DNA of 64,000 nt from Marsupella aquatica. Its lineage: Eukaryota > Plantae > Marchantiophyta. Every line of letters begins with the position of its first letter. Position 1 is the stretch's first letter. Under the pieces are notes generated by a model. It was not told the origin of the DNA, ran no database searches, and saw only the letters and a program-made list of their open reading frames with translations. The stretch is taken from contig OZ316892.1 of NCBI GenBank assembly GCA_973895155.1, positions 18,947,357-19,011,356 of the forward strand, given 5' to 3'. Below, piece after piece: positions 24,523 through 36,846 of the stretch. Made by a program: the position numbers and the translations under genes.

Positions 24523-25079
24523 ATGCTTGGGAGGTGACGTATGTTCGTGACGGGATTTCATGACGGTTTTTCCAGCGTTGAGTGTTGGTGGATTTTCCAG
24601 AGTTCCATCGCATGGAACTTGGAGTTTATGGGCTCAACGGATAGATCAGGGCAAGAGCTTTCTAACGGTGTGAAGAAATCGTTGAACGGAGCTCGTGGTG
24701 CAGAGAGATCTAAGTTTTCGTCGTTCTGGATTTTGTGAAGAAAGTTGGCAATCGACTCGGAGGGAGAAGCGTCAAGTGTTTTGACTCAACGGAGAGATTG
24801 AGGCAAGATGATTGTTTTTGAGTCCGGGATTGGCTCTTTGATGCAAAGAGGAAGGCTAAGCAAAATCAATTACCTTGTTGGACTTGGTGACGGCACCAAG
24901 TGCAATTGATCAACATTCGTTGTTGACAAGACGTGGAACTTGAAGCACGAGGATCACCGTGGAGGTTTCAGGGGCAGAGAGAGGAGCAGGAGGAAGAGCA
25001 CGTGACACCGATACCATCACCGGTGCGGCGTGTGGTGGAGGAAGCAGTACTACTACCGGAGCTCACGGTAAAGAAGAAG

Positions 25080-25937
25080 ATGGGGACTTTCAAGCTTGGG
25101 GGACCCAAGTATGAAGTGACAAAGTATGATGGGCGCTCTGACTACTTCCTATGGGAGAAGCAGGTGAAGGGAGTGCTTTATGCGTCAGGGATGGGCCAAC
25201 TGCTGAGCCCTCGTGAAGACGATGTTGATGAGAAACAATGCGACCGCATGCAGGAGCAGGGAGTGTGGTGTGTTACACTCTATCTCATGCCTCCCATCAT
25301 CAAGCAGTTAGGTGCACATAAGGATTGCATGTCCTTGTTTGCGGAATTGCAGAGCAAGTATCACCGCAAGGAGTTGTCGAACCGGCTCTACACTTCCTAC
25401 AAACTGATGAGTTTCAGGATGAAGGAATCTGGTACGAAGTTGCAAGACCATGTGGATGCTTTCAACGACATGGTCGTTGACTTGGAAAACCTTGGGGAGA
25501 CTTTGAATGATGAGACGAAGGCTCTGCAGCTTCTTAGTTCATTGCCTCCATCTTACCAGTCCCTATCACGAGTGTTGTTGCATCGTGATAGGGATACCAT
25601 TTCATACAATGACGTGGTAAGTTCTCTGCTTAGTGATGATCTTCAGCAGAAGATGCACATCACGTCACAGCCTTCATCATCTGGTGCTGCCCTCAATGTT
25701 AACCGTGGGAGGAGTATGCAGCGACCAACTGGGGACCGTAGAACCCAGTTTAGATCTAAATCCAGATCTAAGTCCAAGGGTAAATCCCCTCAGAGGAGGC
25801 AGGTGACATGTTGGAAGTGCAACCAAGTTGGACACTTCAAGCGAGACTGTAAGGGAAAGGCAGCGGAAACTTCATCGGCAAATGTGGCTAGGGCTGATGG
25901 AGAAGCTGATTTACTCAATGATAAGTATGTTTTATGA
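25080..25937 (+). CDS. gag: copia Gag
   Basis: KYDGRSDYFLWEKQV, HVDAFNDMVVDL, LLSSLPPSY and the CCHC knuckle CWKCNQVGHFKRDC. The first ATG of the ORF is at 25080; the frame is open from 24933. Confidence 0.9.
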   Translation: MGTFKLGGPKYEVTKYDGRSDYFLWEKQVKGVLYASGMGQLLSPREDDVDEKQCDRMQEQGVWCVTLYLMPPIIKQLGAHKDCMSLFAELQSKYHRKELSNRLYTSYKLMSFRMKESGTKLQDHVDAFNDMVVDLENLGETLNDETKALQLLSSLPPSYQSLSRVLLHRDRDTISYNDVVSSLLSDDLQQKMHITSQPSSSGAALNVNRGRSMQRPTGDRRTQFRSKSRSKSKGKSPQRRQVTCWKCNQVGHFKRDCKGKAAETSSANVARADGEADLLNDKYVL

Positions 25938-28900
25938 AGCTGGGGGTATGCCCTGTGCACGTCATCTAGGAGAGCAGATGATGTGTGGATTCTTGATTGT
26001 GCTTGCTCTTTTCATATTTGTTACATTCGTGAGTTTTTCAGTTCTTACTCTGTTTCAAACGGTTCAGTTCTGATGGGAAATGATCACTCCTGTCAAATTG
26101 AGGGAATTGGGTCTGTGAAGATTCAAATGTTTGATGGCGCTGTGCGCACAGTGTCCGGAGTCAGGTATGTACCTGGCATGCGTAAGAATCTGATTTCACT
26201 CGGTGTGTTGGATTCAAATGGTCATCAATGGAGCGTTATTGATGGTGAACTTCAAGTCAGGTCGGGAGAGACAGTGATTTTGAAGGGGAGTAGACAAAAG
26301 AATTTGTATGTGTTACAGGGCAATACTGTATGTGGAGAGGCCAATGTAACCAAGTCTCACGAGGAGATGACTCAACTGTGGCATTCACGGCTAGGCCACA
26401 TGAGTGAGAAGGGTTTGGCTATCTTACGGAAGAATGGACTCATTTCTGATTTGCAATCTTGTAAATTAGAGTTTTGTGAGCATTGCATTCTTGGAAAGCA
26501 GCATCGTCGTGCTTTTGGTGTTGGAACTCATCGTTCCAAAGCGGTTCTTGAGTACATACATAGTGACGTGTGGGGTCCATCCCCGACTCCCTCACACTCT
26601 GGAAAGTTGTACTATGTATCATTTATTGATGATTACTCAAGATTTGTGTGGATTTATTTCATGACGCATAAGTCTGATGTCTTGTCCATTTTTAAGAAGT
26701 GGAAGGCCCAGGTGGAGAATCAGACTGGAAACACGATCAAGTATTTGGATACAAGGGTGAAGAGTCTGAGGTCAGACAACGGCGGGGAGTACACTTCAAT
26801 GGAATTTGAAGAGTACTGTTCAGAACAGGGGATAACTCGCCATCTCACCACAGTTTATACTCCGCAACAGAATGGTGTCGCTGAGAGGCTCAATCGGACA
26901 CTGTTGGAGCGGTCACGGAGTATGTTGAGCCAATCAGGTTTACCACAAGAATTTTGGGCAGAAGTTGTCAATACCGCAGCTTATTTGGTAAATCTTTCTC
27001 CTTCTAGTGCTATCAATTTCAAAACGCCGTTTGAGATGCGCTATAAGCGGCAAGCAGACTATCATGGCTTGGTAATTTTTGGAAGTGATGCATATGCTCT
27101 CACACCAAAGCAGAATAGGACCAAGTTGGATCCTACCTCCAGTAAATGTGTTTTTCTTGGGTACCAGAGTGGTGTGAAAGCCTATAGGCTATGGGATCCT
27201 ATTGCCTGTAAGCTCGTTGTCAGTAGGGATGTTTCCTTCAATGAATCCAGATTATTGAAGGAGGGGGAGAATACTCAGGTCTCCGGTACTGACAAAGGAA
27301 AATCTCCTATCCCGGATCTCGTTGAGGGGGAGATTGGTTATGAGGTGCATGACCGGAGAGAAGGAGTTGCTCCAATTATGGAGCTGGTTCCTGTGCCAGA
27401 GGAACCAGAGGAGTTTGTTGATGCTGGTGAGCAACAAGTGGATGCTGTTGAGCTTCAAATTGTACCAGCACACGCAGATCAACCGGAGTCATCGGCTAGA
27501 AGAACATCTGGTCGCACTGTACGCGCTCCATCAAGGTATGGACAGTGGGTTGATTCATCTCAATTGCAAGAGGATGATTTTACAGCTGATGATGAGGGTG
27601 ATGCGTTAATTTTGGAAGAAGGAGAACCTTCTTCATTTCATGAGGCAAGTGCTTCAAAAGAAAAGCAGAAGTGGACTGCAGCAATGCAAACGGAGATGCA
27701 GTCACTAAAGGACAACAAAACTTGGGAGCTTGTTAAGCTGCCTAAGGGTCAGCAAGTGGTGGACAGCAAGTGGATTTACAAGCTGAAGGATAATTCCATA
27801 GGAGGTGGATCGAAGGTCTACAAGGCTAGATTGGTAGCAAAGGGATTCACACAAGAGAAAGGTGTGGATTACAATGAGGTCTTCTCACCAGTTGCTAAGT
27901 ACTCTACAATACGACTATTGTGTGTACTTGTTGTAATGTTTGGTCTGCTCCTAGATCAGATGGATGTTGTCACAGCTTTCCTCTATGGCACATTGGAAGA
28001 GGTGATCTTCATGAGACAACCGCTAGGTTTTGTGAAGAGAGGACAGGAGGAATTGGTTTGCAGATTGCTGAAATCCTTGTATGGGTTGAAGCAGTCACCA
28101 AGACAGTGGAACAAGCGGTTTGACGATTGGATTCGGTCACAAGGTTTTCACAGAAGTGTATTTGACCCTTGTGTGTATTTGAAACCGGTGAAGAATGTTG
28201 TCTTTGGGTTCATTGTTTTAGTACTTTATGTGGATGACATGCTAATTGCAGCCAAGGATAGGTCTGAGATTGTTAAGCTCAAGGCACTGCTTAGTGCAGA
28301 GTTTAAGATGAAGGACTTAGGGCCAGCTAAGAGGATTTTGGGTATGGAGATCACTAGGGACTTGGAGGCTGGCAAGCTATGGTTGACGCAGAGCAGTTAT
28401 GCGAGGAAGGTAATTGCAAGGTTCAACATGGAGAATAGCAAGCCAGTAAGTACCCCGTTGGCTCCACACTTCAAGTTATCATCAGCGTTCTGTCCTACGG
28501 ATGACACAGAGAAAGGGTTGATGTCAAAGGTTCTATATGACAAGGCAGTGGGGAGTCTCATGTATTTGATGACTTGCACTAGACCTGATCTTGCCATGGC
28601 TATAGGCAAGGTGAGCAGGTACATGTCGAATCCAGGGAAGGTATACTGGGAAGCAGTGAAGTGGATTATCAGGTACTTGAAGGGTACCGTGGATCATGGT
28701 CTTTTATTTGATGCGAATGCAAAGAATGCTAGATCATTGATTGGCTATGTAGATTCTGACTATGGACAAGATTTGGACCGAAGGAGATCAACAACAGGAT
28801 ACGTGTTCACACTTGGCGGTGGATGCATAAGTTGGAGGTCTACTTTGCAGAAGTGTATTGCTCAGTCTACTACAGAAGCGGAGTATGTTGCAGCTGCGGA

Positions 28901-29210
28901 AGCAGCAAAGGAAGCGATTTGGTTGGATAGACTTATCACTGAAATGGGATTGCCACAGGGGAATGTGAAGCTCCATTGTGATAGTCAAAGTGCGCTCCAC
29001 CTTGCTGTGAACCAGGTGATGGACAGCAGAGTGAAGCACATTGACGTCAGGTACCATTTTATCAGGCAGGCTGTGTCTGATAATTTGTTTGAGCTAGTCA
29101 AGATTGATGGTAAACTCAACCCGGCTGACGCATTTACCAAAGTGATTCCTTTGGAGAGTTTCTCTAGACACCGTGACGTATTGCAGGTTTTGCAATTGCA
29201 TCACAAGTAG
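25938..29210 (+). CDS. pol: copia Pol (protease, integrase, RT, RNase H), same frame as gag
   Basis: WILDCACSFH, LWHSRLGH..CEHC, HSDVWGP, SDNGGEY, PQQNGVAER, YKARLVAKG, LYVDDML, YVDSDY, STTEAEY and KHIDVRYHF. Confidence 0.95.
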   Translation, partial: SWGYALCTSSRRADDVWILDCACSFHICYIREFFSSYSVSNGSVLMGNDHSCQIEGIGSVKIQMFDGAVRTVSGVRYVPGMRKNLISLGVLDSNGHQWSVIDGELQVRSGETVILKGSRQKNLYVLQGNTVCGEANVTKSHEEMTQLWHSRLGHMSEKGLAILRKNGLISDLQSCKLEFCEHCILGKQHRRAFGVGTHRSKAVLEYIHSDVWGPSPTPSHSGKLYYVSFIDDYSRFVWIYFMTHKSDVLSIFKKWKAQVENQTGNTIKYLDTRVKSLRSDNGGEYTSMEFEEYCSEQGITRHLTTVYTPQQNGVAERLNRTLLERSRSMLSQSGLPQEFWAEVVNTAAYLVNLSPSSAINFKTPFEMRYKRQADYHGLVIFGSDAYALTPKQNRTKLDPTSSKCVFLGYQSGVKAYRLWDPIACKLVVSRDVSFNESRLLKEGENTQVSGTDKGKSPIPDLVEGEIGYEVHDRREGVAPIMELVPVPEEPEEFVDAGEQQVDAVELQIVPAHADQPESSARRTSGRTVRAPSRYGQWVDSSQLQEDDFTADDEGDALILEEGEPSSFHEASASKEKQKWTAAMQTEMQSLKDNKTWELVKLPKGQQVVDSKWIYKLKDNSIGGGSKVYKARLVAKGFTQEKGVDYNEVFSPVAKYSTIRLLCVLVVMFGLLLDQMDVVTAFLYGTLEEVIFMRQPLGFVKRGQEELVCRLLKSLYGLKQSPRQWNKRFDDWIRSQGFHRSVFDPCVYLKPVKNVVFGFIVLVLYVDDMLIAAKDRSEIVKLKALLSAEFKMKDLGPAKRILGMEITRDLEAGKLWLTQSSYARKVIARFNMENSKPVSTPLAPHFKLSSAFCPTDDTEKGLMSKVLYDKAVGSLMYLMTCTRPDLAMAIGKVSRYMSNPGKVYWEAVKWIIRYLKGTVDHGLLFDANAKNARSLIGYVDSDYGQDLDRRRSTTGYVFTLGGGCISWRSTLQKCIAQSTTEAEYVAAAEAAKEAIWLDRLITEMGLPQGNVKLHCDSQSALHLAVNQVMDSRVKHIDVRYHFIRQAVSDNLFELVKIDGKLNPADAFTKVIPLESFSRHRDVLQVLQLHHK

Positions 29211-29384
29211 AGTTTTCTTAAACATTCATTGTAATTACTGATATATGCTCTTCCTCATTCCTATGTATTAGGCTACGGCTTAGTTCTGGTTTGCTCTAGT
29301 TAGAGAGGGAAACCGATTTGGTTTCTGTCCAGAACTTCCCGCTGAGGGATCATATACATTGGCAGTATTACTCTCCCCTAGACC

Positions 29385-29400
29385 AGAGTCAAGGGGAAGA
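29385..29400 (+). other. polypurine tract
   Basis: AGAGTCAAGGGGAAGA, 1 nt before the 3' LTR. Confidence 0.8.
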
Positions 29401-29401
29401 T

Positions 29402-29858
29402 TGTTGGGTATTTACTCTTACGTCTAGGTTAGGTATGACGTGGTTGGTACAACAACGTGGGTTGGTACAACTACGTGGTTAGGTACAACTACGTGATTAG
29501 GTACAACTATGTGGTTAGGTACAACTACGTGATTAGGTACAACTATGTGGTTAGGTACAACTACATGATTAGGTACAACTATGTGGTTAGGTACAACTAA
29601 GTTGCACACTATATCATAAGAGGCATGTGTGCTTGGAGAGGTAGAACCAAGGCTCATTGTTATGGAGCCACTTGAGAGATAGGGAGAGCTTACACTATGG
29701 AGACTCGGTATAGCCGACGGGCTTAGAGTTCAGTAAAGCTCTCTTGTGTGTTCCCGTGGACGTAGCCTCAAGGAGGTGAACCATGTATCTCTTGTGTCGA
29801 CTATTGTGCGTTGGATGGTTCATGGGCTTGCCGTTGCGATCGTCGTCTATGCTCAACA
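29402..29858 (+). repeat. 3' LTR (457 bp) containing 9 units of the 18-bp repeat
   Basis: Matches the 5' LTR except for an extra 36 bp in the array and a few transitions. Confidence 0.95.
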
Positions 29859-32800
29859 AGACAATGCACATATCAGGCTCTTGCTGCTAGGTTTACATTG
29901 CAATTCAGTCTCAATGGAGTTACGGCAAACATCCAAACTAGTCGTCAGCTGACTCAAAGCATGCCCATGGCCCAACGCTTAAGTCAGACTTTACTTGAAG
30001 TCATTGAGCTAAATGCTAGGGCTACTCCTAGAACTTGTCTAGATTAGGTGGAGTCTTTGTGTTTGAGGCTTGTTGTAGATAGCATCGGTGCCACCTCCAA
30101 CATGGGGAGATGGCACTTCAGGCTTGAGGTGAGATGATCACTTGTTCTCTTCCTTGCCCTCTTTGGGGAGAGAGGACTGTTCGCCCCCTCTCTGTGCTTT
30201 GTTTTTGGCCTTCTGCCATGCCTTCGGCCAAGTTTGTTTTTTGTTAGTTGCTCTTGCTCATTTCTCTGCCCATCTTTTATTGGTGACCTGGCTTGTGGAT
30301 AGATTGGGCGGTTTCAGGCGCTGCTCCACTGGTAGACGTGTGATGTGACCCTTGGGTTTGTTTTGCCTTGTGTGCCGCTGGGTTTTTCCACGTTGGCCTC
30401 TCAAATAAAGTTCAAAATTCTTATTAAAAAGTATTTTTTGATCTGTTAACTTTTGTGTCATTGCTAGTCATATGGAGCCTTAGAAATGAACTAGAAATAT
30501 AAAAGTGTAGAAATCAAAGGCACTAAAACCCCCTCCTGTGACTCACTAGCAATACTCTCCTTGCTAGCAAAAATTCCTGGCTACTTGCATCACAAAATAC
30601 CTGGTCTATTCTTCAGTGACACAACTAAGGGCTCTAGAGAAATTGAAATTGATCATGTTGAGCGCCTCCCACATTTGAGTTTGGCATACATGTTATTAAA
30701 CACTGTAATAAACAATCCTGCCAAAAATAAGGTGGCCACAAAGATAGGAGCAAATCCTAACCATTTACCAAAAATATGGTTTTTCTACATTGTCACATGC
30801 ACCGACCCCTTCTATCTCACCTGCCTACTTGTGCTTCCTTCCACCTGCCGCTTCACAATCGAATCACACGACCTTGCTTGCACTCCGTGACACTATGACC
30901 ATTGTCTGTTGTCTTGAGTTCCCACACTCAGCAAACAATGGGGGATGCTCTGGTTACAAAAAGCAAAACAGGCAAGACAAAATCCTAGCCATCACCCAAA
31001 AACAACTTTTTCTGCACCATGAGGTCGGCCCATAAGCCATAACCCCCCCCCCCCCCCCTTGGTCCTCACTTATTTCCTTTCTACCCATCACTCAAAAGTA
31101 AGTATAGGGTTTGTGTATTGGGTTAAGAATAATACATTTAAATGTATGTACAAAAACATTTGGGCTATTTAAATCCAATTTGAGAATTATAAGAAAAGAG
31201 AGAGTTGTAAAAGTGAATTTTGGGGGAAGGATAGGGGTAGAAAATAGTTCCAAAAAAAAAAATTCTGCTTATTTTTAAGGATTTTCAGTAGCTAAAAATG
31301 TCAAGCATGATATGAGACCCCCTTTAGAGTGAGGCCCCCAGTAAACCTGTCCTACCTGCACAGACTGATCCCCTATGCCTGGCCCCTCCCCTTACACAGA
31401 TAAAAATAGACAAAAGAATAAAAATAGACAGTTTCCCCTTCATTGCGCAGTTATTGTAATTGGACTCTACACCAAAATGATAACATACCTGCAACAACTA
31501 GACAAAAATGATGATAAATTTACACCGCCAAACATGATCCCACAGATAACAGAGCTAAACCAACAACGTGTATTTTTTGCATCACTTGCCATTCTTTGCC
31601 TCACCTTGAAATGTTTGTGCAACATACAACTACTGTAGATATTGTTTGGGCAAGAGTCACATGGTCACAACAACAATCCTCACTTGGAATATTATTTTGT
31701 CTCACTTTTGACAGTTTTTGCAGACAATTTTGTGCCTCATCCTGACATTTTCATATCATCCATTGTTGCACCTACAACAACAAGGCTGCAACAATAGTTG
31801 TGCAAGAACATTGGGCTATTAAACGTTGTAATATTGCCATGCTAACTAGTACTGTGACATATTAAGCATCATCAACATACAGCGAAATCATGGAGTCCAC
31901 AAAATTCAGAAACAAAATAACATCTTGCAAATGTACACAATGAAATGGTACATGTACATAGTGAGCAATAGTGAATCTAGTAGTGAGTGGATGGTAGAAA
32001 CTCTACATATAAAAGGACAGTCATGATCGAAATTGGTATATATCTATTGAAACAACTTCTAACTACATTGTCACAATGTTTTAATTTACAATAAATTCAT
32101 TGTTTTTGTTGTATTCATAAATATGCCCTGGGGAAGTATTTTTTTTATGCTGCTACATGGCGGGACACACTTTGGTTACCTTGTCTTATTAGAATTGTTT
32201 GTTATATATTCTTATGTCAATTTGGTCTATTCTATGCTTTGACTTTGTATTTTTCTGATTTAAATAATTTCTTTCAACAGGATGGTGCTATTCTGGCGCT
32301 ACTGCATAGTGGTCTTCAATAATGTTGGCACTGTTGAAGGTCACATTCTACCCTATCTCAAAATGTTGAACAGACACATTTTCCAGTCACTCTTTGGTGA
32401 GGATCCCTCAATAACAAGTGCTGGTCGAATTGCACCACTTGCCAAAAGCGATTTTGGCAGAGATCACTAAATCGCATCAATCATAGCACTTGACAATCTG
32501 GAATTACTGCCATTGTAGAATTGCAACCCAATATTAGATTATCAAGAAAAAACCTCACTAATTAGTGTTAATTTCTGCTAAAGCTGGCCCTACTCTCAAA
32601 TTAGGGTTACCAGGGTTAATTACCTACAAACACTAATTGGGAGATAAGAATATTAGGGGGAACAATATAAAGGACAAATAAGTTTTCTACATACATACAT
32701 AGTGAAATTTTCTCAAGGTGTAGTGGAGGATGATCTATGTCCTAACTGTGCTGGTTATTTTTGGGCCCCACTTTGGGGTTACTTTAGATGTGATTGGCTA

Positions 32801-33659
32801 TTTTAGCTGGTTTTCGGGGTGCTTTTATTGAATGGACTTTACTTGCTAAACAAAACAATTTGTCCAAAAGAAAACCAAACAAAGAGATTTGTCAAATTAC
32901 ATCATTTCACATGTGATTATTAACTTCAACAGGTTTGTCAAGCCGCCTCCTCCCCAAGAAAACACAATTCCCATCCATACACTGTATTCTAGTGAATGGA
33001 CTAAAATCTGAAGTAGAGTAGGATTCATAGATTCACAACCTTATTCATATTCATAATTGCCATGATGCATAGAATCAAGAACTGAGCTTCAAGGAAATTC
33101 ACATCTCTCACTTTATGAAAAGGTGAAGAATAAAATTGTAGTCAGCAATCTCATGTCTAATGAATGCTCGCAAGTCTTCCTCCCCCTTCTCCCCAGAGTG
33201 TTTCTTTTTTGAATAAAATCATTGGGATAGCTTAGTCTATTCATGATATGGCGTAGTGTGGTCAAGAATGGTTTGCATTTGTAAAACATGGATTCAGCTA
33301 GAGTGGGTAAATTTATCATTGAGGTTACACTCAAATTGATTGGCGTGGGATAGAGCCAATCACATGTTTCTGCATTAGTTGTGAGTGCTAATTAAAGTAG
33401 AATGTTAATTGTCTCAACGCATCCATGAGATGAACAGGTTGCAGGAAGGGTTTCCCAGAAGCCCATTTCATCAAGCTTCAAGAATTCTGAATTTGAGGAA
33501 TCTGCCAAATGTGCCTCCAATTCCCTTCCTTCCTTCTTTCCTTTCTTCCTTCCTTTTTGCTGTGCGTGCTGGTTACAATAAAATTGACACCCACCTTTTG
33601 AAAAAAAACTGTCTCCAAGTGTGATATACTGGAATGGGATTGACATGTATACTTTTCAG

Positions 33660-33855
33660 TGTGATCCCAGCAGTGTTTGGGATGTTCACTGGGGGTGGTG
33701 GGGGGAAGAGAGGTAAAAAGAAGAGACATAAAAAGAAGAAGAAGAAGAAGAAAACAAAAAAGAAGACAAAAAAACATAAAAAGAAGAAGAGAGAAGAGAG
33801 CTCAGACGAATCCTCTGATGAAGATGATTCAGACTCTGACTCTGACTCTGACTAG
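33660..33855 (+). CDS. probable terminal exon encoding a poly-Lys then Asp/Ser-rich tail; rest of the gene uncertain
   Basis: TTTTCAG acceptor ending at 33659, then VIPAVFGMFTGGGGGKRGKKKRHKKKK...EESSDESSDEDDSDSDSDSD*. The mixed AAA/AAG codons argue for coding origin over a simple microsatellite. Confidence 0.45.
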
Positions 33856-36846
33856 GGTTATTTGTTGAAGTAGTCTGCCTTTGCTTTTGCCCTTTTGTGT
33901 GTCAATTGAAATGCCATCAATGACAAATTCAAATCAAATCTTGTCCATCTTACGCGTTGCTCAGTAAGCCTTCGCCTTCAGAAGCTTTTGAATGAGGATT
34001 TTGATGGTATCAACCACCTGAAATCTAGTGTCAATTGTAACTTTCTAGATAGAAGTTGGATGTCAGAATAATGATGATCAAAGGATGACATGATCATTGT
34101 CATCAGTTTTTATTGCTTGAATGACTGATTGGGAACAAACTATGGCTGGAAGTGAACTTCTTTTGTGAGAAGTTATTACCTCGTAATGTTGAGCTTATCA
34201 TAACTTTGGCATAAGCTTTTGGAAGTTTTCAAATGTCAGTGGCTTCATTTCCAGCGTAAAAGCATGGAATTTTGCAATCCTTGATTTCGATGACTAAGGG
34301 CTTGTAAATCATAAAATTTTAGGCTCTTCTGGTGACAAATTTTGTGAAGGCTGGAATTTGAAATCTTGAGGGTTGTTGTGAAATATGACGATTGTCCCAA
34401 GAGCTGACAGCGATAAATCTCCTCTCACATCAAAATGACGTCAAATTCTAATTCTGGAATCCAAACAATGTGCACAAATTGAATCTGTGTTGATCCCTCC
34501 TTCCTATTTCTTTTCAAACATTTGATTAGTTCTCAAGAACTCAATCGAAATCAATAGTAGATTTCAACCTCTTTCACAATTCTTTCAAGATGAGATCTGA
34601 AAACCCCTACTGTATCTATAGTGTGAATTGTGCTTCAGTATATTTCCAATGTAGCTTTTAGAATTCATGGAGCTACGGGCATTGCCAACGAGTACTGCAG
34701 GCAATATCTTGGTAAAATCTCACCACAAATAAATAATCGCACTTCATCTGTTCGTCCACTTGACACACCACCAAATGTTTTTGATTCATAGGTGGGTGAA
34801 TGAATGAGTTGGGAGACTTGTTGGGGTCCAAAAACTAATTAATTTGAACAATCGGAAGACTTAGGATAGTTTGACTTGAACACGGCCATATTTACGGGAA
34901 CCATAGAAGACTTGTATAGTTCTGCTGGTCCAAAAATATTGGAGTTACTAACCCATAGAGTGAGGTTGAAAAACGTTTGAAAGCAAAGTAAGAAAATTAA
35001 TTTAAAGAATAATATCTGCTCCTGAATGTCTTTTCCTGTTGTATGTTGATCCTGGTCTTACATCATGTTTCTAGATCAATATCCTGTTCCAAACGAATCG
35101 CGCAGGTTCTTGAGTGTTAGATTTGGAATAAGCTCGTTGCATTCCTTGAGGGTTCAACGTTTCTTGGAAATTTGATCTTTGGTTGATTTCAGGTTCAGGC
35201 AGTCCAGATACTGTTCAGCCTGTTCCCACAAATATGGAGAGAGGAAATTGAAAGTTTGAGAAATAAGAGATCATTGATTCAAGAAAAGCTGAAAACCCAA
35301 TGCACGGGATAAACAATAAGGACTTCTTAAACTGGTAAGGTCCAGGTCTGATTTTCATCGATTTATAAAAACGAAGATGGAACAGGTACATTGAGTGAAG
35401 ACACCGTGCAAAATTGTTTACAAATGAATCGAATGAATCCAAAGGCGAAGGATCGGGAAAACCTAGTGAAATCCTATTCAGTGCTGCCCTGACCCCATGC
35501 TACAGCCTGCCAGCTCTTGGATAACTGACAGATTATATTTCAGCAAGTAGACATTAAGATCTTTACCCCAAATTTCACAATCTAGAGTGGGCGTTATGTT
35601 TTCCAATCCTATGTTTAAATCGTCACTTTAGTGACTTAGACCAGCTAGTACTGAAACGGAAGCATTTGCAAACATTAAAGACCTTCTCCTCAAATTTTAC
35701 GATCTAGAGTGGGCGTCATGATTTGCAATCATACGCGTAGATCGTCATTGTATTGACCCAGACAATTTAGTACTGAAACGAAATCACCTACCTATGGAAA
35801 GGTGAACTCCGTGTGCATAGAGATGAACTTGACATCTGGGAAAGTCGTGCTGAAAAATGGAGCACCATCTGTACTTCACAGCTCTCAAACGATTTCACTT
35901 TTGACGATTGACAGATGAAATTCATGAAAGCTATTTAATTTTGGTTGTACTTTGACCGGCTCCGTAGGTTGATCTAGCTCAAAGTTAAGAAACAGTCTCG
36001 GAAGCCCCACACACCTTGAGCTGCGAGCTCGTACAACGACGAGTCAGACCATACATGTAATTCATGATCATCGTGCAGGATGTTAAGGGAAATACTCCTT
36101 CACAATTGAGCGATGCCAACATCGTTTGCGTCACTTTACTCAACTGACGAAGCTCCATTCCTAACTAGCTCAAAAGTTTGAAAGTTTGAAAGAAGAGCGG
36201 TGGCTGACATATTAGTATACCTACTTCAGCTGCGCTTCAAATAATCACATCGAAGCATTCGATATCGTTGCATTCCGATTTCATGGTTTCACACCTACCC
36301 CAAGCCCCAAGACTGTGACGCCAAACTGCTGGAAAGAGATGGTTGCTTGACTAATACTGAGACATGGTGAATTCTGATTCATGCCAAAGTAAGTGTTGAA
36401 TCGCAGGCATCGCAGGCAAGGGCCAACCGGCAACACCACTGAATGTTCAAGCGCACTTGTCATCTATACCACATTGTCAACGCCTCCCCTTCCCAAAAAC
36501 GATGGTGATACTGAATATGTCCAGAGGAGTAACTTTCGAGAGGCACAACTTTAACCAGTGCTTTTTCCGTCCTTGGCTGAGCTCTATAACATACATAATC
36601 TCCAAAAGAGGTTATAGAGCACAGCCAAAAACGCAATTTATCTCAATGATTGCCAGATTGGTTGCCGAAATTGTCTATTACAACATTAATGAAGAAATCA
36701 CGAAGTCTTGCACTTGACCATTGCTTTTGCTCTAATTCCGCTGGGGATCCTCCTGCGCGGTCAATTACCTAAGAACGGGCCTAAGCAAGAGGTGACACGC
36801 CAAAACTATTATACTGACCTGAAGTATTTCAGCACAAAAGAGCCGC

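Larger units (their letters stand above)
24088..29858 (+). mobile_element. full-length Ty1/copia LTR retrotransposon
   Basis: TG...CA LTRs at 24088-24508 and 29402-29858, 5-bp TSD AGACA (24083-24087 and 29859-29863), tRNA-iMet PBS, PPT, and gag-PR-IN-RT-RH domain order. Confidence 0.97.
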
